A stretch of DNA of 62,616 bases, filler included, from Choristocarpus tenellus KU-1152 (lineage: Eukaryota; Protista; Phaeophyceae), in the NCBI GenBank assembly GCA_964200185.2. It is 10 parts of 10 records of this genome, joined end to end, with 100 filler letters (N's around TTAATTAATTAA, not from the genome) between each part and the next. Parts side by side here need not be neighbours in the genome. Positions count along the whole stretch, not along the records: positions 23,325 to 26,552 come from CAXNAD020021402.1; positions 26,653 to 29,467 come from CAXNAD020024516.1; positions 29,568 to 37,021 come from CAXNAD020006132.1; positions 37,122 to 40,456 come from CAXNAD020020730.1; 6 more parts are not named here. One strand, written 5' to 3'. Position 1 is the stretch's first letter; each line of letters opens with the position of its first letter. Of this stretch, positions 25,815-38,466 are shown in pieces. A program made the position numbers and the translations under genes. Below the pieces are notes generated by a model. That model was given only the letters and a program-made list of their open reading frames with translations, did no database searches and was not told the origin of the DNA.

Positions 25815-26530
25815 TGCTGCAGTAACAACAATATGCTCTCAAGAAGTTGGATACGATGGTTCCATGTTGGGGAGGCTAGTACAATGTCATTAAGATGAAT
25901 CAGTAAGCCCATACTCGGTCCTAGAGTCGAAGATGTTTCCGACATGAAGCATTGATATATCCATGGTGCGTTAGCAACTCCAAATGGTAGCCTTTTGAAT
26001 TGAGTGAAAGTGTCTTAGAGGATACTAGTTTCCCCTGTTTGTCCATTTGGGGCTTGGGTTCCGACAGGTTTTTATGACATTTTACCTACTCCGAAGTGTT
26101 TTGGAGTAGGTAAAACGCGTACGTTGTTATGAAAAGTTGTGTCTGGAACAAGGATATTGACACTTCCTAACAAACATGATAGCCAAAATTACATCAACTT
26201 TTCAACATTAGATTTTGACCGCCAAACGGACGCGGATCTACCCTCTAAGATACTTTGACTCATTCGTATTTCCCATCCGGTGTGACAAAGGCAGTTTTTG
26301 GCACTTCCAGGCTTCAGGAGTGAGTAGTTGCCAGTAGGCTTACTGATCATCAAGACATGACAGGTATTTTGCTCCCCCTACTGTACAAATCTTCCATAGA
26401 TTGTAAAGGCCAGGAATTATTATCAAATTTTTGTTTAACAAGAGCCTAAAGTCCGCACAGAATCGAGGAGACCCCATCAGGTTTTGTAACTATGGTTAGT
26501 GGTAATGCCCAAGGATTTGAGGGTTGTATT
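25815..26530 (-). mobile_element. Degenerate Ty3/Gypsy reverse transcriptase interrupted by a MITE
   Basis: PSNPWALPLTIVTKPDG..RFCADFR...AYWQ...KTAFVTPDGKYE[MITE]FKRLPFGVANAP...LIHLNDIVLAS (decayed YxDD). Confidence 0.9.
26002..26261 (+). mobile_element. MITE family B copy 2 (260 bp), TSD ATT
   Basis: Removing the element plus one ATT restores RT codons TAC GAA TTC AAA AGG (YEFKR), which fixes the boundaries. Confidence 0.93.
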
Positions 26531-26962
26531 ATGGGTCAAAGTATCTGGGGGGNNNNNNNNNNNNNNNNNNNNNNNNNNNNNNNNNNNNNNNNNNNNTTAA
26601 TTAATTAANNNNNNNNNNNNNNNNNNNNNNNNNNNNNNNNNNNNNNNNNNNNCCCTGTGGGGCCCCCCCCCCCCCCCCCCCCCAGATCCTCTTAGCCAAC
26701 ATCTTTTTCTTTATTAGGTTCAGTACCAATATGGTACAAAATAACTGACAACAGCAATACTCACTCACTGTAATGTAAACAAACACACTACGGGTTGGCT
26801 CTCCATCACTTCCTGATGAAGGGGAACATCAAAATAGAACACATAAGTCGATTCCTACCTTAACCCTAACAGAGTTAACACAAGTAGTGACAAAAAAAAG
26901 AAAGAGAAGCTCAACACCACAACACAGCAAAGACCTAGCTAGTGTGGTTGGTTTTCCATCAC

Positions 26963-28272
26963 CTTGATGAAGGGGAACTTGTCGTACTCCAGAAGAACCA
27001 CCAGCTTATTCTCCACTTCCCTCTCCTGGGTAACCTGTACAGGCACCACCATCATTATTGTTATTATTATTATTATTATCAAAATTAATTAAATAACAAT
27101 AATACAATGAAAAGAACAAAATTGATTATTATTATTATCATCATTGTTAATTTAATAACAATAATATAGTGAAAAGAACAAAATTGGCCATTATTATTAT
27201 TATTATTATTATTGTTAATATAATAACAATAACACAATGAAAGAGAAAAGAACAGAAAATTGGGGCATAGTGAGAAGCGACAGAGATAAAACACTTTTTT
27301 TTCTTTTTAAAACAAATCAAAAGAAAAAAACACACAAAAACGCACTGGAACATTCGCTTTTAAAAAAGAGTAAACAAATAAAAGATATATATATAAAAAT
27401 ATCCATTGAGCGTACATCACACATTTTTTGTCTTTCCTTTGTCCCCTTCAGTTAAAAAAACAACCACAAAACAACCAACAATTACCTGTGCCAATAGAAC
27501 ACTTTAACTACCTAACCCTAACACCGTGTATCATCATGTTGATACGTACTACCTTTCAGGGTGTCCTTGTTGTGTTGTGTTGTGTGTTAAACTTTTTGTT
27601 ATATCAAGTTCTAGTGTGAGTTCCATCGTGTTAGCCTGTTGTGTTGTGTTGTGTTGCGTGTAACAACATTCACTATGTTATTTTCTATTGCCTATTGTGT
27701 TGTGTTGTGTGTTAAACCTTTTGTTATATCAAGTTCTAGTGTGAGTTGCGTTGTGATATACTACAACCTATGTCATGTCGTAACACATATTGCATGCGCA
27801 TTATGAATCATAATGTGTCCTCCTCTTCACATAAAACAAAAAACAAAAAATGATGACATGCCTTCCATCCTCAACAACACCAACCTCACGCCCAGACCTA
27901 ACAAACAAGCACTTCACACTTATCTACTATCTCCAAAATATTTCACTCTCCAATACATTGTATATAGTACACACAATATATTGGTGGGAACAAGAGTATA
28001 AAAAGACCTGTGAGTTGTTGGGGGGGGGTTTTTACTAAAAAAAAACTAAAAACTAAAAATTCTCATCATTGTCACCTCCCAAAAAAACTAAAACTAAAAC
28101 TAAAACAGACCTTTTGTTAAAAAAACAAAAACAGTATGTAAATAACGTGTAACAATAAACCAATAAGCCACCCTCCATCGTCCCATCCCTAACCCTCACC
28201 AACAGAACGTTCAGCACGTCCTCCGCCAGCTTAGCAGATATATCCGCATCTTCGTAGTACTTGTTAAGACCT
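26963..28272 (-). CDS. BRR2: U5 snRNP helicase Brr2/SNRNP200, two internal exons of the N-terminal PWI-like domain
   Basis: Exons 28272-28200 and 27034-26963: (R)GLNKYYEDADISAKLAEDVLNVLL|VTQEREVENKLVVLLEYDKFPFIK, matching the Brr2 pattern LSRFYDDA..S...A.EVL.IL.....RECENQLVLLL....F.FIK. Confidence 0.85.
27050..27750. repeat. Intronic AT-rich degenerate tandem repeat (about 65 bp, 27050-27250) and a 52-bp direct repeat (27571-27622, 27696-27747)
   Basis: GAAAAGAACAAAATTG...(ATT)n units; TGTGTTGTGTTGTGTGTTAAAC(T/C)TTTTGTTATATCAAGTTCTAGTGTGAGTT twice. Confidence 0.85.
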
Positions 28273-29643
28273 CTGAAGAATGGGAAGAGACAGTCCACAA
28301 GATCCGATCCCATACATATACAGGTCAGAATATTATTTTATATTACAACTATTTTTATTTTATTTTAGAACACACCCCGAATGCGTCTCTTTACAAATAT
28401 CAATCGTGAATGTCTATCCATGTCAACCCTCCCACCCTATCACATTTGCATATCTCAAGGTTATCGTATGCAGGTTTATAAGGGGCTATAAAACATACTA
28501 TAATATATACTTATTCATTTATCACTACAGAATCCAACACATTTCAACCAGTACACCCGCCCACCCTTCAACATAACTCACAACAACAGAGTCAACAGAG
28601 TACACTCAATAAAAACAAAACAAAATAAATGCACCACCAATACCAGCCCTGACTAGAAGTTCACTCACAACAAATGATATCCTCCCACAAGACCAATTAG
28701 AGTATTTTGTGTTTGTGTGTGTGGATGGGGGGGGGGAGAAGGGGGGTGTCACCATCAGGTTTCTTTTAAAAACTACACCCTGTTGTTGAACAATCCAATA
28801 CCCAACAAGGAATCCGCCAAGCCCCACCCTACCACAGTCCAAACATAGACGCCTTCCATAGGGTAGTCAATACAATCCGACTCATTACCATGTACGGATA
28901 CTGACGTCATAAATACAGCTTCATAGCTCAGCAACATAAGGTGTACCCTTTCAAAATCAATCGTACCAACCCACCACCGTTGCTAATAATAACCCCTCCG
29001 AAAACATACTCCATCATGAGCAAAAAAAACAAAAATTACGCTACATTAAAAAAAAAAACTGTTGTGTTTTAAACAGTGTAACGATAATCAATCGGGGTGG
29101 AAGGCCGGAGAGAGGGGGGGGGGCAGACACAACAATGATAATAACTAACAAGTGTGTAAGGCGTACTGTACAAGCTTGCAAGCATTCATCCGAGACGAAA
29201 CCATCACCACTGCACCAGCGCTGGACCCTGCTGCAAAAAAAAATTGATAGTCCAAACAAAAAAAAAGCAACATATTGTTTCTTAAAAAAAGGTACACCTC
29301 GTCCCCTTACAACACCCCGGGGATCCTAACCACTCCGACACAAAAATAAAAAACGAGGTTTGTGCGCACGTGGCATGTAACGCCCATAAATAAAGAGTAA
29401 AAAAGTGACATCTTTACTATCTTAGACTTACACCCAGAAAGAAAAAAAAAAGACACAAAGGGGGGCCNNNNNNNNNNNNNNNNNNNNNNNNNNNNNNNNN
29501 NNNNNNNNNNNTTAATTAATTAANNNNNNNNNNNNNNNNNNNNNNNNNNNNNNNNNNNNNNNNNNNNCCCCCGCAAATCGTTGTTTTGTACCCCCCATTC
29601 AAATATTAAAAGCGAGCGCCCCCTCTGCCAAAGACGAGCTGAC

Positions 29644-31758
29644 CTGCAAACGACGACAAGCGCCTCCAGCATCCCTGGATCCGTTTTGCGAAATTTCTTG
29701 TTCGGTGCGTAGGCGTTGAAAGTGACTGGCACGCTAGTCTCCCCCATGTACATCCGCTCCCCATCCCCCCGCTCAACGCCTCCTCCTCTGCCATCTTCCC
29801 TTTTCAGTCCATGGTCTGACTCGTGACGCCCGCCGCACCAGGTGAGTTGGCCTGGGCGGTTACTGCCTTGCCATCCTACCCTGTCTTGCGGCCTGCGTCT
29901 GACTATGTAAGACCTGAGGAGGAGGGGGGAGGGGGGTAGGTGGTCGGTGGGTAGACAGCAGCAACCGAAGACTTGACTAGATGACAATGAGGCGTGTTTA
30001 TTGCGAGTAAGAAAGTAAGATGACAAGGTTCTTGGTGGCATAGATTTAGAGCGCGGGTACGTTACATTGATCATCTACTGCTGTGCATCACACGATATCA
30101 TAGGTTTGATGCGTATGGACGCGCTTACTTTGAATGTGGCGAAATTGTACCCAACAACGGAGGTACGAATCAAAGCAGCAGATCGAATAACTTTTGAACA
30201 CTGGCTCTTCTCCACCTTTGTGAGGCAGAGGGTAAAAACAACCCTGAGACTTGAAAAAAAAAAAAACAGACATGTGAAGGACACTGGCTACCCATGGCAA
30301 GGAGTTGAACTCTGATAGAACCTCCAGGTACAAATACAAAACATACACATGCACCAACGGGCGCTATATACTAGGTTAAGGCATCCTTACACCATCTCAC
30401 CTTTTCTTGAGTTCAGCATACACTCTGTAGCATTCCCATGGTATCCCCGCTTCTTCAAGAATTCCATACAGCAGCGAAACAGGAATTGTTTCCTCCCCTA
30501 TCTCCTGACGAGGAACCCGTTCTTGGGAAATCGCACCTCCTCTGTCTCTAGAAGAGGATTGCCCCACCAAGGACTCCTTACCCTCTTTGTCAACATTATC
30601 CTTCCCCTGGACCTCAGGGGAAGAGATTTCGATTTCGCCATTACTGTCCATGCCAGCGCCAATTACCACGGCTGATATTGCAGCCCCAATCTCCTCTACC
30701 TCTGGTGTGTAGACTTGTCGTGGCAAAGTGGTGGTGGGAGAATTGTGTTGTTCACCTCGTCCTAACAGTTTCTCCCTTCCATTGACGTTGCTAACAGTAG
30801 CTTCGAATGTCGGTTTTGCACCAACGCACGCTCCTTGGGAAGAGGTGGACGTACCGGTCAGGTCTTCAATTTGTGAGTTGGTGGTGAGAGTAGAGGTGGA
30901 ACAATTGTGGCTGGTGGTGGGATAGACGTTGAGCATGCCCCTTTCCGCCAGCCAAATCCCTTCCTCCGCATAGAGAAATGTGGATCTACCCCAGCTAGTC
31001 CCCTTGGAGTAGTGATATACGGTGCATAGGTGGGTGTGATGGGGTTAAGGGCAAGTGGAGGGCATTATGGCAAATATTCTCACGTCATCGGGTAGGTGTC
31101 AAGTTCAATAAAGGCGTGGCTCCCAGTCACAGGCAACACAACGGACTAAACCGATGCCCTGGAACCTCTATTACCTCTCATGGCCAAGGATTTCATGGTG
31201 CAAATTGCTTCCTAGACCAGAATGAAGTTGAGATCAAGAGACAAACTGTTGACAGTTCAAGTACTGTTCTCGAGATGAGAACAAATCCCTCACCAAGGTT
31301 TTGAGTGCATCTCCCTTCGCTACCAGCACTTCAAACAGCGTCAATTCTGGTCTCCATATTGCCACACTGGCTTTCTTGGACATCGCCGTACCCCTTCCCC
31401 CTCCTATGCCTTCAGCCCATTGGATGGCGAGGTGAGCAGTGCTGTCCAGGCAAGTTGTATCAGATCCAGGTGTAGCTGCGGTGAACCAATCTCCACATTC
31501 AATCCCATAAGGGTTTCGCCCCTTCCGTGAAGACAAGATCCTAAGCGGACAGGGGTGTGCCCAGTTAGTGGGTGTTTCCACACCGTTGGACTTCTCCAAG
31601 AATGGTTGTCTTTTTTTCCCGCAGATTGCTCACGTTCTCCTCCCAATAGAGCCACCCGTGACTCCCAAGATAAGGATCGGTATTGAGTCCATCCCCTCAT
31701 GTGCCTTCCAACCTACTTACCCCTTGGATTTCCTCTCCAGGTCGATTTCAGACATCAT
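29644..31758 (-). CDS. TSEN54: tRNA-splicing endonuclease subunit Sen54, 3' end missing
   Basis: Exons 31758-31721 (tentative), 31609-31294, 31002-30401, 29913-29644: SVAIWRPELTLFEVLVAKGDALKTLG...FLYAEEGIWLAERGML...YRVYAELKKRSYIVRR...FNAYAPNKKFRKTDPG; all are Sen54 signature blocks. Confidence 0.88.
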
Positions 31759-32097
31759 CCAGTCGATCTAGTTTCGTTTGTACATTTGAAGTTGATGCAT
31801 GCTATGAGAGGAAGACGCGCGCGCTCGCGCACCTTGCTTCTCCAGCCCATCCTTAGGTTTACAGACCACGATTGCGAAGGAGCAGGATCTCATTGCACGG
31901 ACGCACCAGTCAGCTAACGTTAGGAGGTTGCAGCAAAATATCTTGTCTTTGTCAGATCTGATTTTCGGCTCTGCTGTCTTGAGTACAGAAAACGACTTTT
32001 GTCGTGCAGTTGTGGGTTGTGAACACCTTTTTCACCAGAGGAGTAGAAAAGACACACTGGGGACGCAGTCCCGGTTGACCAGCCCCCTATTTGCAAG
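31759..32097. promoter_or_regulatory. Putative bidirectional promoter between TSEN54 and DRG1
   Basis: 339 bp between divergent ATGs, with a CpG-rich core (GACGCGCGCGCTCGCGC); inferred from gene geometry. Confidence 0.55.
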
Positions 32098-34204
32098 ATG
32101 TCGGAAATGGTGCGACAGAAGATCCAGGAGCTTGAGAATGAGGTCAGTGGAAGTGGGGAGGAAGCGCTGACTTAGCGCCGTAGTTCATGTTTGGTCCCCC
32201 ATCAGACCCCTTTTGCCTTGACGTCTATCTCTCTTTGCTACATTTTTCGGGGACACAATATTTAGTCTTGTGGTTGTTTCTCTTTGTATTCATTTTTCTT
32301 CCACAAACTACAGCATGTTGAGCCAATATCACATAACTGTAGTTCCCTCGTTTTCATAAGATGTTGAGTTTGAGACAGATGAAAACTTGGATTGCCTAGA
32401 TCCCTTTCTGGCGTCTAGCAAATGTTGGAGGTGGAAAGTAGGGCATAATCCGCTTGGTGAAACAGGTAATGCGGTTGATGTCTGCACTGGGGCTTCTTGT
32501 ATATTCCGATCCCCGTTGCCTTCTGGGGCCACCTCTGGAACCTTTTCGCTTTGGGGTCCCTAGGATTCATAGGTCGTAGACATAGGATATTTGAGTAGCT
32601 GCAAACTTATCGAAGTCATCACAAGCTAACTAGATAGAACACCGACTGTTGAACAGGAGTGTACATGTCGAATTGTGAGCACTTCAAGGTGTGTAGTGAT
32701 GAGAATCAGCACTGAGTCAAGTAAGCAAGAAGTACCTAGATTTAGCCCTTTTGCATTTTAAAAACTGTTTTTATCTCTTGCAATTCGCCCGTATTTCTAT
32801 GGATGAGGCGCTAACATTGACTTGATACCGTTGATTTCTCCACTATTTGGAAATATTCAAAATGATTCAGAATAGTCCAGTCCTTGTAACCATTCCTAGA
32901 ACAGCCCGAATTTTTGCCCATTTCTCAGCATTCTTAAATGCAACACTGGGTACCTCTCGTTTACCTTGACTCACTATTGCTTGAACTGTCTTGCATTGGC
33001 ACATGCATGAGGCAGTTCAATAGTGCAGGGCAAATGTGAGGAGGATGAATAAGCTAGGCTCATCAAGGAACCAATATTGTCTAATAATTGTAGCACGGTC
33101 TTAACCTCCCCTCCTCCCATGCGAATGCCCTGATCGCCCTCTTACAATATCCCTCACATGCACTCCAGTACAATAAGACGCAGAAGAACAAAGCGACAAG
33201 TGGCCATCTGGGACTCCTCAAGGCCAAGCTCGCTAAGCTGAAGAGGTCTGAGCACTTAGGCCTTTCACACATATCCACAAACACACACTCAATCGCTTAA
33301 ATGATACCTGCAGTGCCAAGAGTAGGTCAGAATGAAATACAACTGCCCTTTTTTTAAGGGTGGAATACCCAGCAGCTGAAGAGCGGTGCAATTTGGCAAC
33401 AAGTTATCGTGGACCCTGTTTCACAGACACTGCATCAGTAGTTGCGTTGTGTACTATGGTGTTGATTTTTTGCCATGGAGTCTCTTGAGACCCTTTCGCA
33501 TACACGTTCATGTATTGAAGTTTATTCAATATGGATAGTTGATATTGAGCCACACACAAATGCAGTCAAAAGAATGCATGTGCTGCAACCGCCCCACAAA
33601 CAGTGATGCGGTTGTAAGTGCAAGCACCCTGTACTCCCTCCCCTGCCACACTTGCCCCCTGAAGCTCTCCCCCACCCCCCCTTACCCCACCCGCCCAATG
33701 TCTCCCGTTGTCACCACCCTTCTACTTAGGGAACTATTGGAGCTGGACTCTGGAGGACGAGGGGGTGGGGGGGGTTCAGGGGCTAGAGGTTTCGATGTGA
33801 GCAAGTCAGGGGACACCCGCGTGGGGTTCGTGGGATTTCCCTCGGTGGGAAAGTCTACGTTGTTGACGCGATTGACTGGAACGTTCAGTGAAGCCGCAGC
33901 TTACGAGGTGGGGTAGTTGTGGTTAGGGTTAGGGTTAGGGTTGAGGAATTGGGATAGGATTGGTTTGTGGGGTAGGAGTAGAGGTTGGAGATGAGGTTTG
34001 GGTCACATTCGACGAAGGGTTTTGGAGGGTTAGGGTTAGGGTGCTATGGTGTAGTAGTAGTAACTGAGAAGTCTTTAAGATAGGGGAGTGGTTTTTGTGT
34101 TGCATGCGGTGGGATTGGTGACTTAGGGTTAGGGGTTGAATTACAGTCATGCACTAGAGTGCCTTCACGGAAACACGCACTCAGTCGGGGTGCAATGGCA
34201 ATGG

Positions 34205-34237
<33 letters not shown>

Positions 34238-36160
34238 TGTGAGAATAAGAATGGCCTGGAAAAATTGTGTTGTGTTCGTGTCCAAATTTGGAAGGAATGA
34301 ACTTGAGGTGGTACGAAGCATGAGTGTGTATGTATTATGTACATGTATACGTATGTTTGCGTATACTTGGACTTAGGTACTACATGGTGCTGTATTAGAT
34401 GTTTTCTTGAGGGAGGCGGTGCATCTCAAGTCGCTATTGCTGCGCGCTGTACCTGCTGTTAGGGTCCATCAAGCTTGAATGGAGCATGACTTGAAACGGG
34501 TGGAGGGATAGGTACCGGCTCAGCTGACTCTGTTCAGTTTTGTGCATAAACGTAGTATTTCTTACAAGCAGGGGGATGTGGTAACTTTTGTGAGATGCTT
34601 GAGGGGCAGAGTGTTCCGCATCTTAAGTTCCCGGCCCTAAGTTTCACCTACTTCGGCCACGATGATTTGCTGAATCTTGATTTGGTTGAATGTACCGACC
34701 TCACCTCTCCAACTCCTCGATCAATCTGTTTTATGTCAATTTAACTATTTGTGTATGTGTATGTGTATGTGTGTTAAATGTATTCAATAGTTTACCACGC
34801 TTACAGCGGTGCCAGGAACACTGCACTACCGGGGAGCTAAGATTCAGATGCTTGATTTGCCGGGGATTATTGAGGGGGCGAAGGATGGCAAGGGGCGTGG
34901 ACGGCAGGTTATATCCACTGCCCGTACCTGTAATATGCTTCTCATTTGTCTTGATGTTGTGAAGGTGAGGGGCTGACCGACTACTGTCTCATGTCCTCGT
35001 CGACAAGAAGTATGCTGTTTTATTTTTTATTGAGTGACAATGAAAATTTTTCTTATTGTGTGTATAATTTGTTCCTACTTTTATTTGCTTTGGAAAAATG
35101 AGTGCATTGTGGAATGGGAAGATAGTGTTGTTTTGTTTTGTTTCGTGTTAAATTGTTGCTAAGTGGTGGGAAAAGGGGGGGGGAGGGCAATTTTTTGTTG
35201 GGTGGTGAAAGAGGGGACACAGTGCTTTTGAATGTTGAAAATGGCCCTGACTGATTTGACTACTGGAGATGATGAAATGGGATGGATTGGCTTGATGGGG
35301 GGTAATGTGTGTGTGTGCGTGTTTTATTAAGTGAGGGTCTCTTTTTTTGTAGTGGCAGGTTTGTGCTTGACAGGAGTAGGGAAGAGAGGGTGGCGATTTT
35401 TGATGGCAAAGTCTTGGTGTGTGTGTGTGTGTCCCACAGCCCACAATAGGTTGAACTGGCAATAGAGTAATATTTTGAATGTAGGCCATACAGTAGTGTT
35501 GAAAATAATGAGTTCCATGAGTTTCCGGATCTATCTTCGAAGGCGTATTGGTATACACTTAAAGTTAGTGTGTTTCTTCTCAACAGGGAGTACTCAATGT
35601 TGAATACAAGTAGTTGAGACTGATAGTATCGGTATGGAATGAGTGGGACGCACTACGCCCTTCTTTGTTTTTTATTTTATTCTTTGTCTTTGCTCTGTCA
35701 TCAAAGGATAAGTTGTGTAGTGACTAATAGCTCACAGTAGACGGTTTTGATGGTTGTGGCGGCGTTGTCCTCTTCCCTCCAAGGAATGGTGATTTTTTTT
35801 TGTAGGAGCTGTGAAATGAACCAACCGCCAAGATTGCTATCAAGTGGGGTGTGGCTGCGAAATTTGTGTGAGGGTTATGGTGAGGTGCGTCTCAACAAAA
35901 ACCAAATTTCGGCATGAAATTGTTGACACATTTTTCACTTCAAGTACTTGATCAGTACGTAAAAACTAGAGTGCGTATGATTGATTTGTCTCTAAGTACT
36001 ACTCAGTATCAAAAAACCATAAATATGGGTGTGGGTGGATTGGTTGTTGGGGGAGGGGGGGGGGGGGGGGGGGGGGTTTACTTATAAAAAGGTTTGGGTC
36101 GGGGGAAAAAANNNNNNNNNNTGTTGTTTGTTTGTGTGAAAGGAGTAAGGGAGAGAAAGT

Positions 36161-36222
<62 letters not shown>

Positions 36223-36689
36223 AGTTTTACCTAAATATAGTGTTTGAGCCAGAGTAAACAAGACATACCCAGATTTGTATTTTAAAAAGATTGTGACAAG
36301 CGTGCAAAGTTCGGTTTATTCTTTATACCATCACTTCTACAGAGTTTCCTGGCTTCCGTTGAAGGTTTTCCAAACAACGACAGAGAGATCGCTGCCCTCG
36401 GGTCGATCTGAGTACTCCTTGTTCCCCCAAAATATAGGTATGAATGTTGGTCGGGTGGAGAGGTATGAATATGAATAAAACATCCGTTTTCTCCATCTGG
36501 CTTGGGTTTTAGTGGAGCTTGTTGGGGACTTTTGTTTAAAAAAAAAAAAGTGCTTACGTGTAGTACAAAGACTATTCCTACGGTGGTAATCGTTACTAGT
36601 ACACAACCTTCTTCTTGGTTGAAGATGTGCTCCTGGCCTCCCTCCCTTTTCCTGTATATTTTTATTTTTCTTCTTTTGTACTGCCTGAT

Positions 36690-36725
<36 letters not shown>

Positions 36726-37014
36726 AAACACAAAACCCCTCCAAAATCATTATTCCTTTTCTTCCTATAGTAATGCTGCTCCTTCTGGCTCTTTCTTGTA
36801 ATGCTTCCTTTTGTGCTCTTGTGCTATCCATCTCTGAAATATATATTTTTCGGGGGGGGGGGCTTGGGTTTGAAAAACAAAGAGCATGACACACAAAAAA
36901 GTGATCGAGAAGGAACTGGACGGATTTGGCATCCGACTCAACCAAAAACCGCCAGATATTGTGTTCCGCAAGAAGGACAAGGGGGGGCTCAACTATCAGG
37001 AAGGCGTGCCACAG
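32098..37014 (+). CDS. DRG1: Developmentally regulated GTP-binding protein 1 (OBG family), 5' half
   Basis: Exons 32098-32142, 33169-33245, 33730-33907, 34791-34964, 36883-37014: [15 protein letters not shown]|[29 protein letters not shown]...[12 protein letters not shown]...AAYEFTTLT...[20 protein letters not shown]...[17 protein letters not shown] and GFGIRLN indicate DRG1 rather than DRG2. Confidence 0.96.
33921..34135 (+). repeat. Short interstitial TTAGGG arrays in DRG1 intron 3
   Basis: (TTAGGG)3 at 33923-33940, (TTAGGG)2 near 34030 and 34123. Confidence 0.8.
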
Positions 37015-37159
37015 GTAGGGGNNNNNNNNNNNNNNNNNNNNNNNNNNNNNNNNNNNNNNNNNNNNTTAATTAATTAANNNNNNNNNNNNNNNNNNNNNNN
37101 NNNNNNNNNNNNNNNNNNNNNTTTTGTTTTTTGTTTTTTTTTTTTTTTTTTTTTTTTTT

Positions 37160-37447
37160 GACTGTCCATTTGGGTTCAATTTTTTCATGTCGCAATTCTT
37201 GTGTAATTTGGTTACATATGTCGGATGGATAATATAACCTCACTTTTGCTGATTTGGGTCCAAATGGACACCCTGGTCTAGACCTCACCCCCCTCCCAGA
37301 TACTTTGGGTCTTAAGTTGTTGTCCTCCTGACCTGGACTGTAGGAATCCCACATAGAAAACCAGCAAAGGGTATAAAAAACTCGTGGGAAGCCATGCCCC
37401 GAACGGACAATCAGGGCAAACTCCTACCGTCTTAAATGCTCTGGGTC
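37160..37447 (-). mobile_element. Partial MITE family A copy (37160-37311) plus decayed family B end (about 37360-37447)
   Basis: Reverse-complement similarity to 22376-22552 and to the left third of family B. Confidence 0.8.
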
Positions 37448-37576
37448 AAAGGGATACCAATGTACGCTGTTAAATCCATTATTTTCATCTAGGGTCAAGG
37501 CCCAATCCCCACACTCATGCCGTGGGTGGATGTCTAGTATGGCTCGCTCCATACCATTAGAAACACAAATGCCAGA

Positions 37577-37757
37577 AACTTAAAGTATCTTAGAGGGGGT
37601 GGCAGCTGTCCATTTGGGGCCAATTTTTTCATCTTGCGATTTATTGGTTATTTGATTGCATACGTCGGATGGATAATGTAAGTACACTTTTCCTGGTCAT
37701 GACCCAAATGGATACCCCTGGTGCAGACCCCCTTCCCCCTCCCAGATACTTTGGATC
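37577..37757 (-). mobile_element. MITE family A copy (181 bp) with one B-type terminus, TSD AGA
   Basis: Left end AACTTAAAGTATCTTAGAGGG (B-like), A-type interior, right end CCCAGATACTTTGGATC. Confidence 0.88.
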
Positions 37758-38466
37758 AGATTTACCTATGCTCCTCCCTAGTTGCTGCTCCAAGTATACA
37801 TGCCAGTAAGTGCAGAACACTGAGGCACATGACCTCCTGAAAAAGACACATGCTACCAGGGGGCACTTCTCCCCTACGGTAGAGAGCCGAGTTGATGTGC
37901 CAAGCTTCCAAAACTTAGGGAGGAAGGAAAATGTGCCCTAGTTCTTAGAGCTTGGCAAACCCATCTGGTACATCTTCATGACAAATATTTGTGGTGATAG
38001 CCAAGCAGAAGTGACTGGGGCGGAAGTCATCAGGGCGTGGGCAAAGTGATGATTCGCCCACATACGAGCCATGCATAGGGAGGTAGATGTGTATTTTACC
38101 TCGTAGAGGGCAGTACTGCAGTCTCCTGGACTGGTCTTCAGGTGCTATCTTCTCCTAGATTGCCACAACTACCTGCCAAAGAGAATATAGATCTTCTGTT
38201 GTGTGCTAGGAGATAATAATCTTAAAGCAACCTCATTTCCTGGCAAGCAGGGTTGAGCCAGAAGGATACCAGTTGCCTTAGAGATGCCCCCACCACAGCA
38301 ACCCAGTGCGAGTGCCTGCTGCTGTCTGGATGATCTTGTTGAAACCTGATTTCGTATGAGTTGCGTGTTGTTGTGATGTGTCGGGTTTGTGACGAAGGAG
38401 ATCATAGCGCAACAAAGCACTGATGAATTTGTTCTGGTAGGTCTGGTGACATGTTGCATTCAATCA

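Noticed and set aside
29160-29232. Possible last exon of TSEN54 or upstream exon of Brr2
   Set aside because: No frame matches the expected Sen54 C-terminus or the Brr2 DIDAxWLQR motif, and it lies across an artificial join from TSEN54.
36050-36723. Very long poly-G and poly-C runs in DRG1 intron 4 as G-quadruplex regulators
   Set aside because: Adjacent to an 11-N gap, and homopolymer lengths are unreliable in short-read assemblies.
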